DNA from: Nemertoderma westbladi
Lineage: Eukaryota > Animalia > Xenacoelomorpha
Length of the DNA: 64,000 nucleotides
Assembly (NCBI GenBank): GCA_032718475.1
Contig: JAUCBJ010001800.1
Span: 16,862-80,861, forward strand
Reading direction: 5' to 3'
In this document: piece by piece, positions 47,701-57,598 of the stretch
Layout of the letters: each line of letters begins with the position of its first letter
Position numbering within the stretch: the stretch's first letter is position 1
Program-made: the position numbers and the translations under genes
Notes under the pieces: model-generated
The model's database searches: none
The model's input: the letters and a program-made list of their open reading frames with translations, nothing else
What the model was told of the DNA's origin: nothing

Positions 47701-48696
47701 ACCCAAGAAATGAGTGAACTTCCACAAGCACGACTTCAAGCATTCAGACCACCTTTTACAGAGACTGGAATTGATTGCTTTGGTCCCATACATACGAAAC
47801 GTGGACGTATACTAGTAAAACGCTGGGGACTGATTTTCACATGTATGTCCAGTAGGGCAGTTCATATTGAACGTGTGATGGATCTTTCCACCAACGCGTT
47901 TATACTAGCATTGCGGCGATTTATCGCTAGACGCGGACTAGTGAAATGCTTGTACTCAGACCAAGGGACAAACTTTGTTGGTGCTCGAAATGAGATTGCT
48001 AGAGCCTTTAAGAAATTAGATCATGATCAAATCTCAAACGAACTACGTCCTTACAAGATTGTTTGGAAGTTTAATCCTCCAGATAGTCCATGGAGAGGCG
48101 GAGTCTGGGAGAGATTGATTAGATCTATAAAAACAGCCATGGCAAAGGTCATTCCAGTAAACCACATCTTGACAGACGACCAACTGACAACACTGTTTGT
48201 TGAAATCGAGGCAATACTAAATACTAGACCAATAGTATTAGTACCCGATGACAAACAATCCCAGTTTGCTTTAACACCAGCACACCTGCTTATGCAGGCA
48301 CCGACTACATTAACGCCTATTTCTTTTCCAATGGAAGGCGATAGCTACGGTAGAAAAGCGTGGAAAATCACGCAACTACTAGCTAACAAATTCTGGGAAA
48401 TATGGCAAAACCATTATTTGCCCTCTATTTCTGCCAGAACAACATGGTACAATAACACCCGCGCATTAAAGCCGGGAGATCACGTGCTGTTAGCAGAAGT
48501 GAATCTAAAAAGACGCTTCTGGATAACAGGTGTAATTTTAGACACACATCCATCTATGGATGGAGTAACAAGAACTGTGACGGTACGGACAATTGACGGT
48601 CGTACAGTAGACAGACCGACTCAACGTCTCGTACTTCTTGAAGAGTCTCGAAACGAGTCTGGAGACTACAAATCTCCAACAAATGTTAGTAAATAA
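44707..48696 (+). CDS. pol: Element B RT-RNase H-integrase
   Basis: CDVEAMFHQV, FYVDDG, FDPLGFISP, LHCFSDAS, NPADIASRG, GIDCFGP, SDQGTNF, GGVWERLI. A 198-bp x2 duplication lies in the RH-IN linker (about 46410-46790). Confidence 0.92.
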   Translation: METYLTKGYAIRITNPEIVTDQTYYLPHHYVRHPDKPDKVHVVNDCAALFEGMSLNSELMDGPNMNNYLMGVIMRFRQRQVAFTCDVEAMFHQVRALERDRDSFRFLWYPEGDLSLPPATYQMQVRVFGARDSPNCTMYALKQAARDQKHIYDPEIIKIVERDFYVDDGLQSYDTVERAITVAHQLRDCLAGGGFNLTKFASNSAELVDSFGTTERGGGDIDLEFELLPTTKVLGLFWDPNTDNFRVKVRLDTQENTLTKRSCLSKLSRLFDPLGFISPIILQARIYMRSIWKDGLTWDEPISSEQVDLWKTWEAELSSLEDYSIPRVYFPLQTTFPDNLELHCFSDASDNGFGVAAYLRRQVDSDEFDVSLITSKAKTMPTKYMTTPCAELQAATLSTTIVNLIQTELQSSLQIFYWTDATLVLFYINNDTLEFKTFVANRRAEILDRSIKEDWRHCPGPQNPADIASRGMMPEEFCKPENKEFWQHGPQFLQRSTLHWPPLYDNKSNTIPKDAEIKKPKKGKAKKRTAAKLKKKPKAKWKDITSKVKNGRLASLSTPDISPDDQPDTLPDVSPDALLDGQPDVLPDMSLDISPDVPRNILPDMSQNVLPDTSNILTNSKAAVSLLERPSIDKQPDALLDGQPDVLPDTSLDISPDVPRNILPDMSQNVLPDTSNILTNSKAAVSLLERPCIDKLPNLTHLSNHKHSETSCITDVGSTYANVNTGVTLRSRDIPNLQPMVRTGINIGRKLSLPKPSDPIEFKPPLTIDLQSTDNQGKKTKKDKLLVDPDGSTVNKGIPTGAPMGPSSNSKPSKFSIDLPDDVTNTYVDRIVNLTDSWTNACRKLAWIVRFVQYVKGKRDFTRRLTLTEIDRCEIKLIRHYQLRYFAREFTSISQGQPIKSSPILSWSPIIYNGLICHKSRLQNIDFNTNFRYPIIIPQHHELQRAMILDAHLHLKHAGRHHCLSYLRTRFVLIRPSKALSLVTRTCIICKKVHSRIGTQEMSELPQARLQAFRPPFTETGIDCFGPIHTKRGRILVKRWGLIFTCMSSRAVHIERVMDLSTNAFILALRRFIARRGLVKCLYSDQGTNFVGARNEIARAFKKLDHDQISNELRPYKIVWKFNPPDSPWRGGVWERLIRSIKTAMAKVIPVNHILTDDQLTTLFVEIEAILNTRPIVLVPDDKQSQFALTPAHLLMQAPTTLTPISFPMEGDSYGRKAWKITQLLANKFWEIWQNHYLPSISARTTWYNNTRALKPGDHVLLAEVNLKRRFWITGVILDTHPSMDGVTRTVTVRTIDGRTVDRPTQRLVLLEESRNESGDYKSPTNVSK

Positions 48697-49358
48697 TTAG
48701 GAGTTTACAAATAGATTTCCACGTACCTGTACACTGTAGTAAGGACAGCGGTAGAATTCCATTGTCTTTATATGTGAACATTGAGGGTAGTACCCTTATG
48801 TGTCACATAGGAGCGGGATTTGTAGGTATAAGAAATGGAATTCTACTTGGAACTCACAATATTGAGACATTTTCGAAATTTTAGACAATCCATTTGGATT
48901 TGAAAATTTTTTAAAATTTTCTCCAGTGAATAGATTTCAGGGTACAGTCGGGTGGAACTTAAAATTTGAGAAACAAGAGAGGAAGACTTGCGAGCCTTTC
49001 TTAAAAATTTTAATTAAATTTTACACGGTCTTGTTTCAATAAGTTACGTCAAAATAGACTTCCCTATATTTATTACTAATTCTTGACTGCTTATTTTCTG
49101 ATAATAGTTTGGGATCAAAAAGTGAGTATTTTAGACTCACAGCCAGTTTAGCCCAAATTCGTTTTTATTTTCGGCAAAAAATTTTAGATAAGAAGCAGCG
49201 TGTCATTAAAGAAACCCTAGATCTTAGGCTATGGGTAGGAGGTTAGAGCGTTGTCGAGCCAAAAGGGCAGACGAAAACTCTCACATCTCCTCACAACTAA
49301 CTACAAACTCTGTTGTATTCCCTCTAGTAGTAATGATTATGTAACTACACCTCTAATT

Positions 49359-52300
49359 ATGGAGAAGGAGATACATGGAGAGCCGAGATGGGGATATGAT
49401 ATCCAAGAGGAAGTAGCAGCGCCATTCGAGAGATTTGGAGCCAAAGACTACACTATATTTGGTATAAAGGAATTATCAGAAAGTACAGCGAAACTCGCGA
49501 GAACTAAATATGACTCAAACGTATTAAAGAGAAGGCAAAACGCATTAAATGAAAGAATCAAAAGTTTGCGCAAAACCTTCAATGAACTTTACCCGTACGA
49601 CGCTTTGTGTGATACGGGAGACATTAGCGAAGACCCCGATACTGAAATTAGTCGTTTGTATCATACCATGCAATACCTAAAGGCGCACGAACCTATGCCT
49701 GCGGTACACGTTGAATTCGATGGAATGCACCTTTACAGACGAACTCGAGGGGACGATAGAGAAACAAAGGAAGCATTTTCAGTTTATAAACTTTATTATC
49801 AATGCGGTTCTTGTATGCGCAAACAACGAAATGCGATTCCAATGCGTTTGAATAAGGAAAATCCCGAACCGATATTGGCGAGGTGTTCGAACCATCAACG
49901 ACTACGCTACCAGGAAGGAGGGTATCCTTTATCAAATCCATATCATTCGTTTGCTATGACTGGACCAAAGGCGGGAGAAACTGTCGTTTACCCACCTAAG
50001 GTTGTTGAACCCGATGCATTTGAACTTACGCTGGACGAGGCGAATCAGTCAACCCGCGAAAAGAAAGAAGCTCTTAGCCTATACAGAGCCTACAAGGCTT
50101 TCGAGAAAGGTGAGATGGAAGAATGGGGCGGAAGACTCGCGAGCCTACCTTACCATTGGACGTCACACGATCAAACTCCAGCTAAGGAGATGACACCGGA
50201 AGTTTTCGAGAGCATAAACTTTGCTCAAAACGTTATTCAGAGACTACAGATTGCATCCCCGGAGAGGACAAGAGAAATGCAACCATATAGTACTTCGACT
50301 ACGAAACCATTGAGTACGACACTCAATTTTCCTATTAGTATACCAGTCCGACAGGATACGACGTACGAAATACCCATCGTGGATCATCCAGAAATCATTT
50401 CAAACTTGGAGTTCCTTCCTGCAGTTGTTTTTAGCGATATGAGTAAGATATATGATTTACGTAGACATATTACTCAAAAGGTCGTGTATAACGTTCCACC
50501 TCATATTCAAGACTTTAGGGAACTGGATAGAGCTGGTGCTGATATAGCTCCGAGTAATTTGAAAGGATATTTAACCAGAACGATTCGTTTATGGATTGGA
50601 ACTGGAACCTTCGAGTTGGATACAGATATTGCCGCGGATTGGCAAGGTAAGCTTATTCGTTTTGAAGATGATAAGGACATAGAGAAGATTTGGCAACCTT
50701 CGGAAGAATTGTTGGACGAATGGAATAGAACGTTTAGATCGTTTCAGGAAAATGGTTACATGTTTTACGATAACGAGGGCGGCAGTCATCAACAGAGTTT
50801 GACTTCTAAGACTATACAAATTAGAGCGGCGGACGGAGTCTTGCACGTTTTCAGTAGACAAAGGAGCGACAAACGAATGCCGATACCTCCAGCAAATACA
50901 AAGCGACACCATCTCATCACTGACATAGTAAAGAAGATGGACCAAGCTTGTAATATCGATGCTAGAATGCTACCGAAGATGGTAAGAAATATGATTTTAG
51001 ATAAAACTGTCGTAAAGATTGGATCAGGAGTAAGAGAGGACTTAATTAGCGACTTCGCCGGCATGACGGACAGCAATGACCGACTACCGACACCGTACGT
51101 CGACACTCGACCTCTTATTTTGTGGTCTATAGAACAGGGATATTTTCGTGAGTATAATACTCAGAAGACTGGAACTGGATACATTTCCTACCTGTTATTC
51201 AATTGGGATTATAAGGAAAGTAAGAGAGCTAAGTATATTGAGACTTATGGAGAAGGTGATACTCCAGATATGAGTGAGTTTGAATCACAGCTCAAATGGA
51301 GAGGATGCGTGTATTGGGCTATTACGTCACCTCCAAGAGCGGTCTTACAATATTATTTAGCAATAGAGTCGTCAGTGAATGTTTGCTTAATCGCCGACAT
51401 TGTGTCTCGGACTCTTAAAAGACATCCACTTTGTCTCGGAGAAGATCATACGTTCTACATGGAAGGGAGAATTCATACCGACGTGTTTAGACGATTTCTT
51501 GAACCCTTCTACAACTCCGACGCTCAGTGTAATGCCTTTACTCGAGCAGGATTTAGTATATTTCGAGACGTGTATCTTCGCTGTGCGGGATCTCTTATCG
51601 AAAGACCATCTATGTTTACATTGTTACCCTATGAAGGAGAACGTATCGTGGAGGTTATGGATGAATCACGGCAGACGCGCGCGCCTATCGGTCACCTTGG
51701 TGATGATTTCGAAGTAACGACAACAATCACTGACGATCCTTTAGAGGAACTTCTTGAGATAGAAAGGAACCTCCCGAAGAAATCTCAGACGGAGATTCGA
51801 CAACTTGAAGCAACAGATGCTGTAGTTTGTATACAACCTTCAGAAACATACCAACCCATAGATCCAGATGATTATGATTATAGTGTGGGAGGAAGCGCTC
51901 GACCAATTGGAGATCTTATATACGAACGAGTGTGGTACCCTGCCAATACGATGTGTGGTAAATGTGGCGTCGCTGGACATCATTTGACCAAGTGCAGTGG
52001 AAAGCACATTACTACGACTCAACTAATCTGTGGATGGTGTGGAGATCAAGGGTCTCATACCTTTTATACTTGCTGGAGATTTATGGCTCAATGTACTTAT
52101 TGCAATATAAAAGGGCATCGAGCATCTGAATGCCAACTAAGAGACATACCTTATGAACACGAATCTGTAAAACTCGTGAGAAAACTATTCGATGAGTGGG
52201 AATATTTAGCCGACGAACATGTATCGGCACAAAGAAGACGATTTCCGATGAGAGCGCATCTTGGATTTTGGGCGGTAAATCCTCAAACTATGATGTCGGA

Positions 52301-53051
52301 AGGATACATCTCCGCTATGCCCCAATATGACGAACTTATCGAGGAAGTCGACATTTTGCCTCACGATAGTGGATATAGAGTGGTGCGCGAGTATCTATTA
52401 CAGATTCACCCGGACAACAAGAACACGTGGAATTTTCAGAAAGTTGTGAATCGTATCACGTATGGTGAATTTGATCGTTTCCGAACTGAAAAGCGGAATA
52501 AGGGAGCTTGGTTAACCGTCGCATGGGCATACCGAGCCGCGTTTTACCACAAACGTATACGAGCGAGCGTATTCGAGGAAGAGGAGATCCTAGAGGCGAC
52601 AAATATACCAGCCACTCCGGTTGCGCCGTCTGCACGTCACCCTCGGGAGGACGGACAGGGTAGGATCATAAGGGTCAAGAAAGTGAGCCAACAATTAAAG
52701 AAGTCTATTAATATAGAAGAACGCAAGGGAGTTGAGCCGACCATTCGAATTACTCGGGATACGGTATCGCTTCCTAGAGAACCAACAGGAGGATCGGGAC
52801 ATACACCAGCTGATCAAAAGGGGGTGCAAGCTACTCTTGGGTCTGCATCGTCCGCTTCCCGCGCGTTCCCAGACGTTTTACCAACTGTAGTGACAACTGA
52901 TCGGTCACGAGGAATCGGTCGAGGTTTTGGGATACCAAATAGACGAATTTGCGAGGAAATAGTCGCACCGTCTCCCAACGTACAAGCAAAACCAGTGACT
53001 CGCCCCACGAGTCCCATATCGCGAGCAAAGTCACCTGTGCGCAGTTTTTGA
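49359..53051 (+). CDS. Element B ORF3: Cys/His N-terminal domain, DnaQ-like (WRN/EXD/Mut-7 type) 3'-5' exonuclease, and 3 CCHC zinc knuckles
   Basis: ExoI-like MFYDNEG..TIQI; ExoII-like LPKMVRNMILDKTVVKIGSGVREDL, YVDTRPL; ExoIII-like W…PPRAVLQYYLAIE. Knuckles CGKCGVAGHHLTKC, CGWCGDQGSHTFYTC and CTYCNIKGHRASEC. Open for 1230 aa from the ATG. Confidence 0.75.
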   Translation: MEKEIHGEPRWGYDIQEEVAAPFERFGAKDYTIFGIKELSESTAKLARTKYDSNVLKRRQNALNERIKSLRKTFNELYPYDALCDTGDISEDPDTEISRLYHTMQYLKAHEPMPAVHVEFDGMHLYRRTRGDDRETKEAFSVYKLYYQCGSCMRKQRNAIPMRLNKENPEPILARCSNHQRLRYQEGGYPLSNPYHSFAMTGPKAGETVVYPPKVVEPDAFELTLDEANQSTREKKEALSLYRAYKAFEKGEMEEWGGRLASLPYHWTSHDQTPAKEMTPEVFESINFAQNVIQRLQIASPERTREMQPYSTSTTKPLSTTLNFPISIPVRQDTTYEIPIVDHPEIISNLEFLPAVVFSDMSKIYDLRRHITQKVVYNVPPHIQDFRELDRAGADIAPSNLKGYLTRTIRLWIGTGTFELDTDIAADWQGKLIRFEDDKDIEKIWQPSEELLDEWNRTFRSFQENGYMFYDNEGGSHQQSLTSKTIQIRAADGVLHVFSRQRSDKRMPIPPANTKRHHLITDIVKKMDQACNIDARMLPKMVRNMILDKTVVKIGSGVREDLISDFAGMTDSNDRLPTPYVDTRPLILWSIEQGYFREYNTQKTGTGYISYLLFNWDYKESKRAKYIETYGEGDTPDMSEFESQLKWRGCVYWAITSPPRAVLQYYLAIESSVNVCLIADIVSRTLKRHPLCLGEDHTFYMEGRIHTDVFRRFLEPFYNSDAQCNAFTRAGFSIFRDVYLRCAGSLIERPSMFTLLPYEGERIVEVMDESRQTRAPIGHLGDDFEVTTTITDDPLEELLEIERNLPKKSQTEIRQLEATDAVVCIQPSETYQPIDPDDYDYSVGGSARPIGDLIYERVWYPANTMCGKCGVAGHHLTKCSGKHITTTQLICGWCGDQGSHTFYTCWRFMAQCTYCNIKGHRASECQLRDIPYEHESVKLVRKLFDEWEYLADEHVSAQRRRFPMRAHLGFWAVNPQTMMSEGYISAMPQYDELIEEVDILPHDSGYRVVREYLLQIHPDNKNTWNFQKVVNRITYGEFDRFRTEKRNKGAWLTVAWAYRAAFYHKRIRASVFEEEEILEATNIPATPVAPSARHPREDGQGRIIRVKKVSQQLKKSINIEERKGVEPTIRITRDTVSLPREPTGGSGHTPADQKGVQATLGSASSASRAFPDVLPTVVTTDRSRGIGRGFGIPNRRICEEIVAPSPNVQAKPVTRPTSPISRAKSPVRSF

Positions 53052-53853
53052 GGACGCGGCAGGGCTCGATCTACTAAGCGATAAAAGGGAGGGCAAGGGT
53101 GGACGGAAGACTCGTGAGCCTTTCTTGTGAATTTGTGATTTATTTGATTAGTAAGTTTTGTATTCTGGAAGAACTCATATTTAGTAAGATTTATATTTAG
53201 TAAGAATTTATATTTTGCAAGATTTATATTTTATATTTGTGATTATTCCGAACTTATGCAATTTATATTGTTCCGAATACTATGCAATTTATATCTTATA
53301 AGCAGTATTTGTATTTACAGTGAAATAGAAAGTAAGAGTAGATGGAAGACTCGTGGGCCTTTCTTATAGTAAAGTGTAAAGTGTTATATTTGTATTTAGA
53401 AAGTTTTATAGTTAGAAAGTTTTGTACTTAGAAAGACTCATATTTGTAATTATTCCGAACTTATGCAATCTACATTTAGGCACGAAAGTATTTGTAATTA
53501 TTTGAATTTATGCAATATTTGAGATGCAATAGTAGATGGAAGACTCGCGAGCCTTTCTTATGATTTTCATTTATTTGTATTTGTAATTGTTTGAATTTAT
53601 GCAATATTGAGATGCAATAGATTTATATTGGTGAATTTAATTTAGATTTATATTGTACTTACTTAGTAAAGCCTTAAATATGTAAAGTTTGAATTTGTAA
53701 TTATTTTGTATCGAATCATTATGTAGAAAGGAAGTATTGCTTGAAATTTAATTTGTAAATATGTAAGTACGCCCTAAGTATTCTATAATTTGATTGATTA
53801 TTGGTGAAAACCGTATATTTTATGCACGATAATATCCTGTTTTCATGGAGCGG

Positions 53854-55769
53854 TATAGAATTATATTCTCTAAATGCCGTGGATTTTCAAAATTTTTATT
53901 TTATTCGAATTAACTTTGTTAAAAGATTACATTAAGTCCTCATTTGTATTTGCTATTATCTATTTGTACGATGATTAGTCAAGTGGTTCAGTAGCTCAGT
54001 CGGTAGAGCGTTGGAAATTATATGTAGTGTGTATTGAGTTCGAATCCTAGTAGGTGCGAATTATTTTTTGTGCAGAATTTCAACTCATTTAAATTGACCG
54101 CTACAAATTAATTGCATTTGCTCGAAGTAAGATTAACCAATGAGACTGTAGTTATTAGATTGTAACCAATGTCGTACAAGTTATATATTTGCTGGACCAA
54201 TAGCTATCTTTAAAAACCTGTTAGAACTCATAGAACAATCGAGAATTTTCTCGATTGATTGCGGCACAAATTTGGTATAAAAGGTGCGATTTCGTTCATT
54301 AGTTATATATCTAAATCAGATTATATCTAAATCTCAGTCTATATCTCAATCATTCGTGCTTTAGATTATCTTTATCTATTAGTTTCTTGTTACGTTTATG
54401 TATATCTTCTGTAATAAAGTCAGAATTATCGCTAATCTGCCCTTTTTCTATCTGTTCTACTATGCTTCACCACGGTGAACTCAACTGAGGGACAGGATGG
54501 CTGGCTAAACATCGGGCCACAGCAATGAACGGGAACATCTAAGGAATGTAGACAGGAGACAACCCGCAATATCACTCTTAGCTATTCGCCCATCGCCTGA
54601 AAGGTTAGACAGCGTTCGATGCCTTGCTACCTAAGTATAAGACCAAAGATCGAAGGTAGAGGTAGTGACACGCTGTACGCCTAAAATTACATCTAGGGAC
54701 TGTACTGTTTTAATTCGGGAAAAAACCGCAGTAGACCTTCATATTCCTACAGGGGGAGAGCAGGCAGAGATACTAGTACGCAGATAGGACGTAGGCACAC
54801 CGGTACAAAGCATACACATTGGTAGGGTGCAGCAAACTGTACGCCTAACTCTTGCTAAGTACAGGTGCGTCTGTGACTATTTGTAGTACAACGGTGTCCA
54901 TTGCATTAGAACTTGTAGGCCAGGAGGGTTACTGTGTTTCACCTGAATTAGGATTGTACCGTTCAGGCGGTAGGGCAGTTTACGACTAGGCGCAAATAAA
55001 TTGAGGCTAATTAGGGATACTAACATCTACCGTGTCCCCGCCGACATCCTGATAGGAAGTTACCAAGCCCACCTAGGTAACCAAAATTCTAGATAGGACG
55101 CCAGGCTAGCTATTAGTAACCGTACGGCTACTGTAGTAAACTAACACATTTCTTCTTAGTATTAGGGACCTGGTAAATTAAAATTGCCGAATTCTGGGCG
55201 TAGCATTAACCTTATGCCCGAATTTGAGTCCTGGAAATACGCAAGAGGGGAAGGAGCCTTATCATTCGTGAGTATTGGACCTACAAGTTACAAAATTAGA
55301 ATATTCGTAAAATGCACACCGTACCCAGTAATTATATATATGAAGGAGCAAAACTGATCTTGACGGTTCAGAATTAACACACGCGAGTTAGAAATTATTT
55401 ACACCTCAAAATATATAAAATTAACTTTTGTCCGTACTGCACTTTGCCCGCTAGTTAGACATCTCCAGATCTCTGCACCTAGCTAGCATCCTTTTCGCCC
55501 AACCATATAAATCACACCGCGGCAAAGTATACGAGCCCCTTAGTCCGTCAGTGAGTCAGCCTGATTTTAGGATTCGCTGCGCGGGATTTTGTTTTATCGA
55601 AGTTTGTCCGTTCGTAGACTGTTTTCTGCCTCACCGGTTATAAGAGACCGATACTGCAATATATTCGCTTACTTGGAGTTTACTGTTTTGGTGAGAAGGT
55701 CGGATTTATGATTTGATTCACAAACTCTACAGTAGGATATTGCAGGTATTGTTACTGTCTCTTCATTTA
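53854..55769 (+). repeat. 3' LTR of element B (1916 bp), preceded by short PPT ATGGAGCGG
   Basis: Direct repeat of 37149-39053, followed by TSD CCTGA. Confidence 0.95.
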
Positions 55770-57598
55770 CCTGACGAGACTGATTTTGTAATATCTAGAA
55801 CTGTTCTATGGACAGACGCAGCCATAGTGCTGGAATATTTGACTAACACCATCTGCGGTTTTAGCGTATACATTACAAACCGAGTATCAATAATACTCAA
55901 CCGCACCAAGTTAGACCAATGGAGGTACATCCCCGGACCTCAAAATCCGGCTGACATACCCTCCCGTGGTGCGACCCCTAGTGACCTCTTAAATTCGACC
56001 TGTTGGTTGAATGGACCCGATTTCCTTTCCAAACCGGAAGACCAATGGCCTCCTCATATTACCCCGGAGGAAATGAGGCAAGTCAAGGGTCTAGAAATCG
56101 TTACGCAAAAAAACAGGCCCTCTAAGTCAAAGCTTTTTAAGCCTGTTGACATGGCAACCAACAGCTATGTAAACAAAACTAATAGTCAAATTCCAAACCT
56201 TCCCCCGAATTTTGATTTCCAACCCAAAACTCCCATTAACGACCCTGAAAAATCCACTGACCAACTACTGTTACCAAATGTGGATATGGGCTTATCCCCG
56301 CTAATATCTCGAGCCATTAATCATTATAAAATGTGTAGGGCTATAACCATACTAAAACAACTCTTTCACTATCGATACAGTACTACAGTAAGACCGACTG
56401 CTAATGAGGTAGATAAATCCAATTTACAGTTATTAAGAGTTTCACAAAGACTGGAAAAGCCTGAGAAATATAACCAGCTCAGTGTTGACCCCCTAACTCC
56501 ATTAGCGGATAAATTCTCCAGTATAATGATAAATGGTTTGATTCGAGTTGGAGGACGCCTTACTAACGCTCCGATCTCTAGAGACACCATGTAACCAGTA
56601 TGTTTCCCATACTAGTATTCAACCCGGAAATTCAGACCAAGTTGATACAGGACGTTCACTATCGTCTCTATCATGCCGGGAGGGAACATATATTAAGCGA
56701 GATTAGAACGCGATATTACCGGGTACACCCTCGCGCAGCTCTCAACCAAATATTACGAAACTGTACACCTTGCAAAAGGATTTATAGCAAACCGATGACT
56801 CAACTAGAAGCGGCACTCCCTAGGGAACGAGTCGAATGTTACCAACCCCCGTTCACCCACACCGGCGTAGATCTCTTCAGACCCTTCGAGGTCAAGCGCG
56901 CCCGTACAATGGTGAAATGATGGTGTGTCATCTTTGTTTGCATGACTTTTCGAGCGATTTACTTGGATATGGTTAACGATATGTCAATGAAAAGTTTTAT
57001 CCTTTGCTTGAGAAGATAAATCGGTCGATTTGGTACTAGCCGCACTATGAGATCCGACCAGGGAACGAATTTTGTGGGCGCCAACAAGGAAATCACTAAA
57101 TTCATAGCCGATTGGAACGATCACCAGCTAGAAGAGCACCTAAGGGTATCGGCATCAACATGGACGTTTAACGCAGCCGATGCGCCTTGGTGGGGAGGAA
57201 GTTGGGAATGACTAATTAAGAGTACGAAGATCGCGTTCCACCATATCATTCCATGTAAAGCCTATCTAACCGATGAGCTACTCCGAACTCTCTTAGAGGA
57301 AATAGCGAGTTATTTAAATATTAGGCCATTTACCTGTTTCATCTAATCCACAAGCCATGGAGCCACTAACACCATCCCATTTTATGTTGAGAAAACCAGT
57401 AACCATGTTACCGAAATCCACACCACAGGACGGTGATGAGCTGTTGAGACGCACCTGGCAAATGATGCAATTATTATCCCGTCGATTTGCTACACATTTT
57501 GAAGACACTACTTACCGTCGGTCTAGCTCAGAACCAAATGGTTTTCTAAGAAGGAAAATGTGTCAGTCGGCGATATTGTTCTCTTAGTGGATCAAGAC
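55770..57598 (+). pseudogene. Element C RNase H / integrase (degenerate), closely related to A
   Basis: WTD, NPADIPSRG, RVGGRL, HAGRE, GVDLF, SDQGTNF, APWWGGSWE. Many stops. Confidence 0.9.

Larger units (their letters stand above)
37149..55769 (+). mobile_element. Bel/Pao LTR retrotransposon B (18.6 kb) with exonuclease/zinc-knuckle ORF3
   Basis: 1.9-kb LTRs and TSD CCTGA (37144-37148 / 55770-55774). Removing B restores the element C reading frame. Confidence 0.95.

Noticed and set aside
49251-53051. env gene
   Set aside because: No evident signal peptide, transmembrane helix or fusion-protein pattern; the motifs indicate a nuclease and knuckles.
55713-55769. N-terminus of the 293-aa ORF 55713-56594
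   Set aside because: Chance read-through from the B LTR into element C pol.
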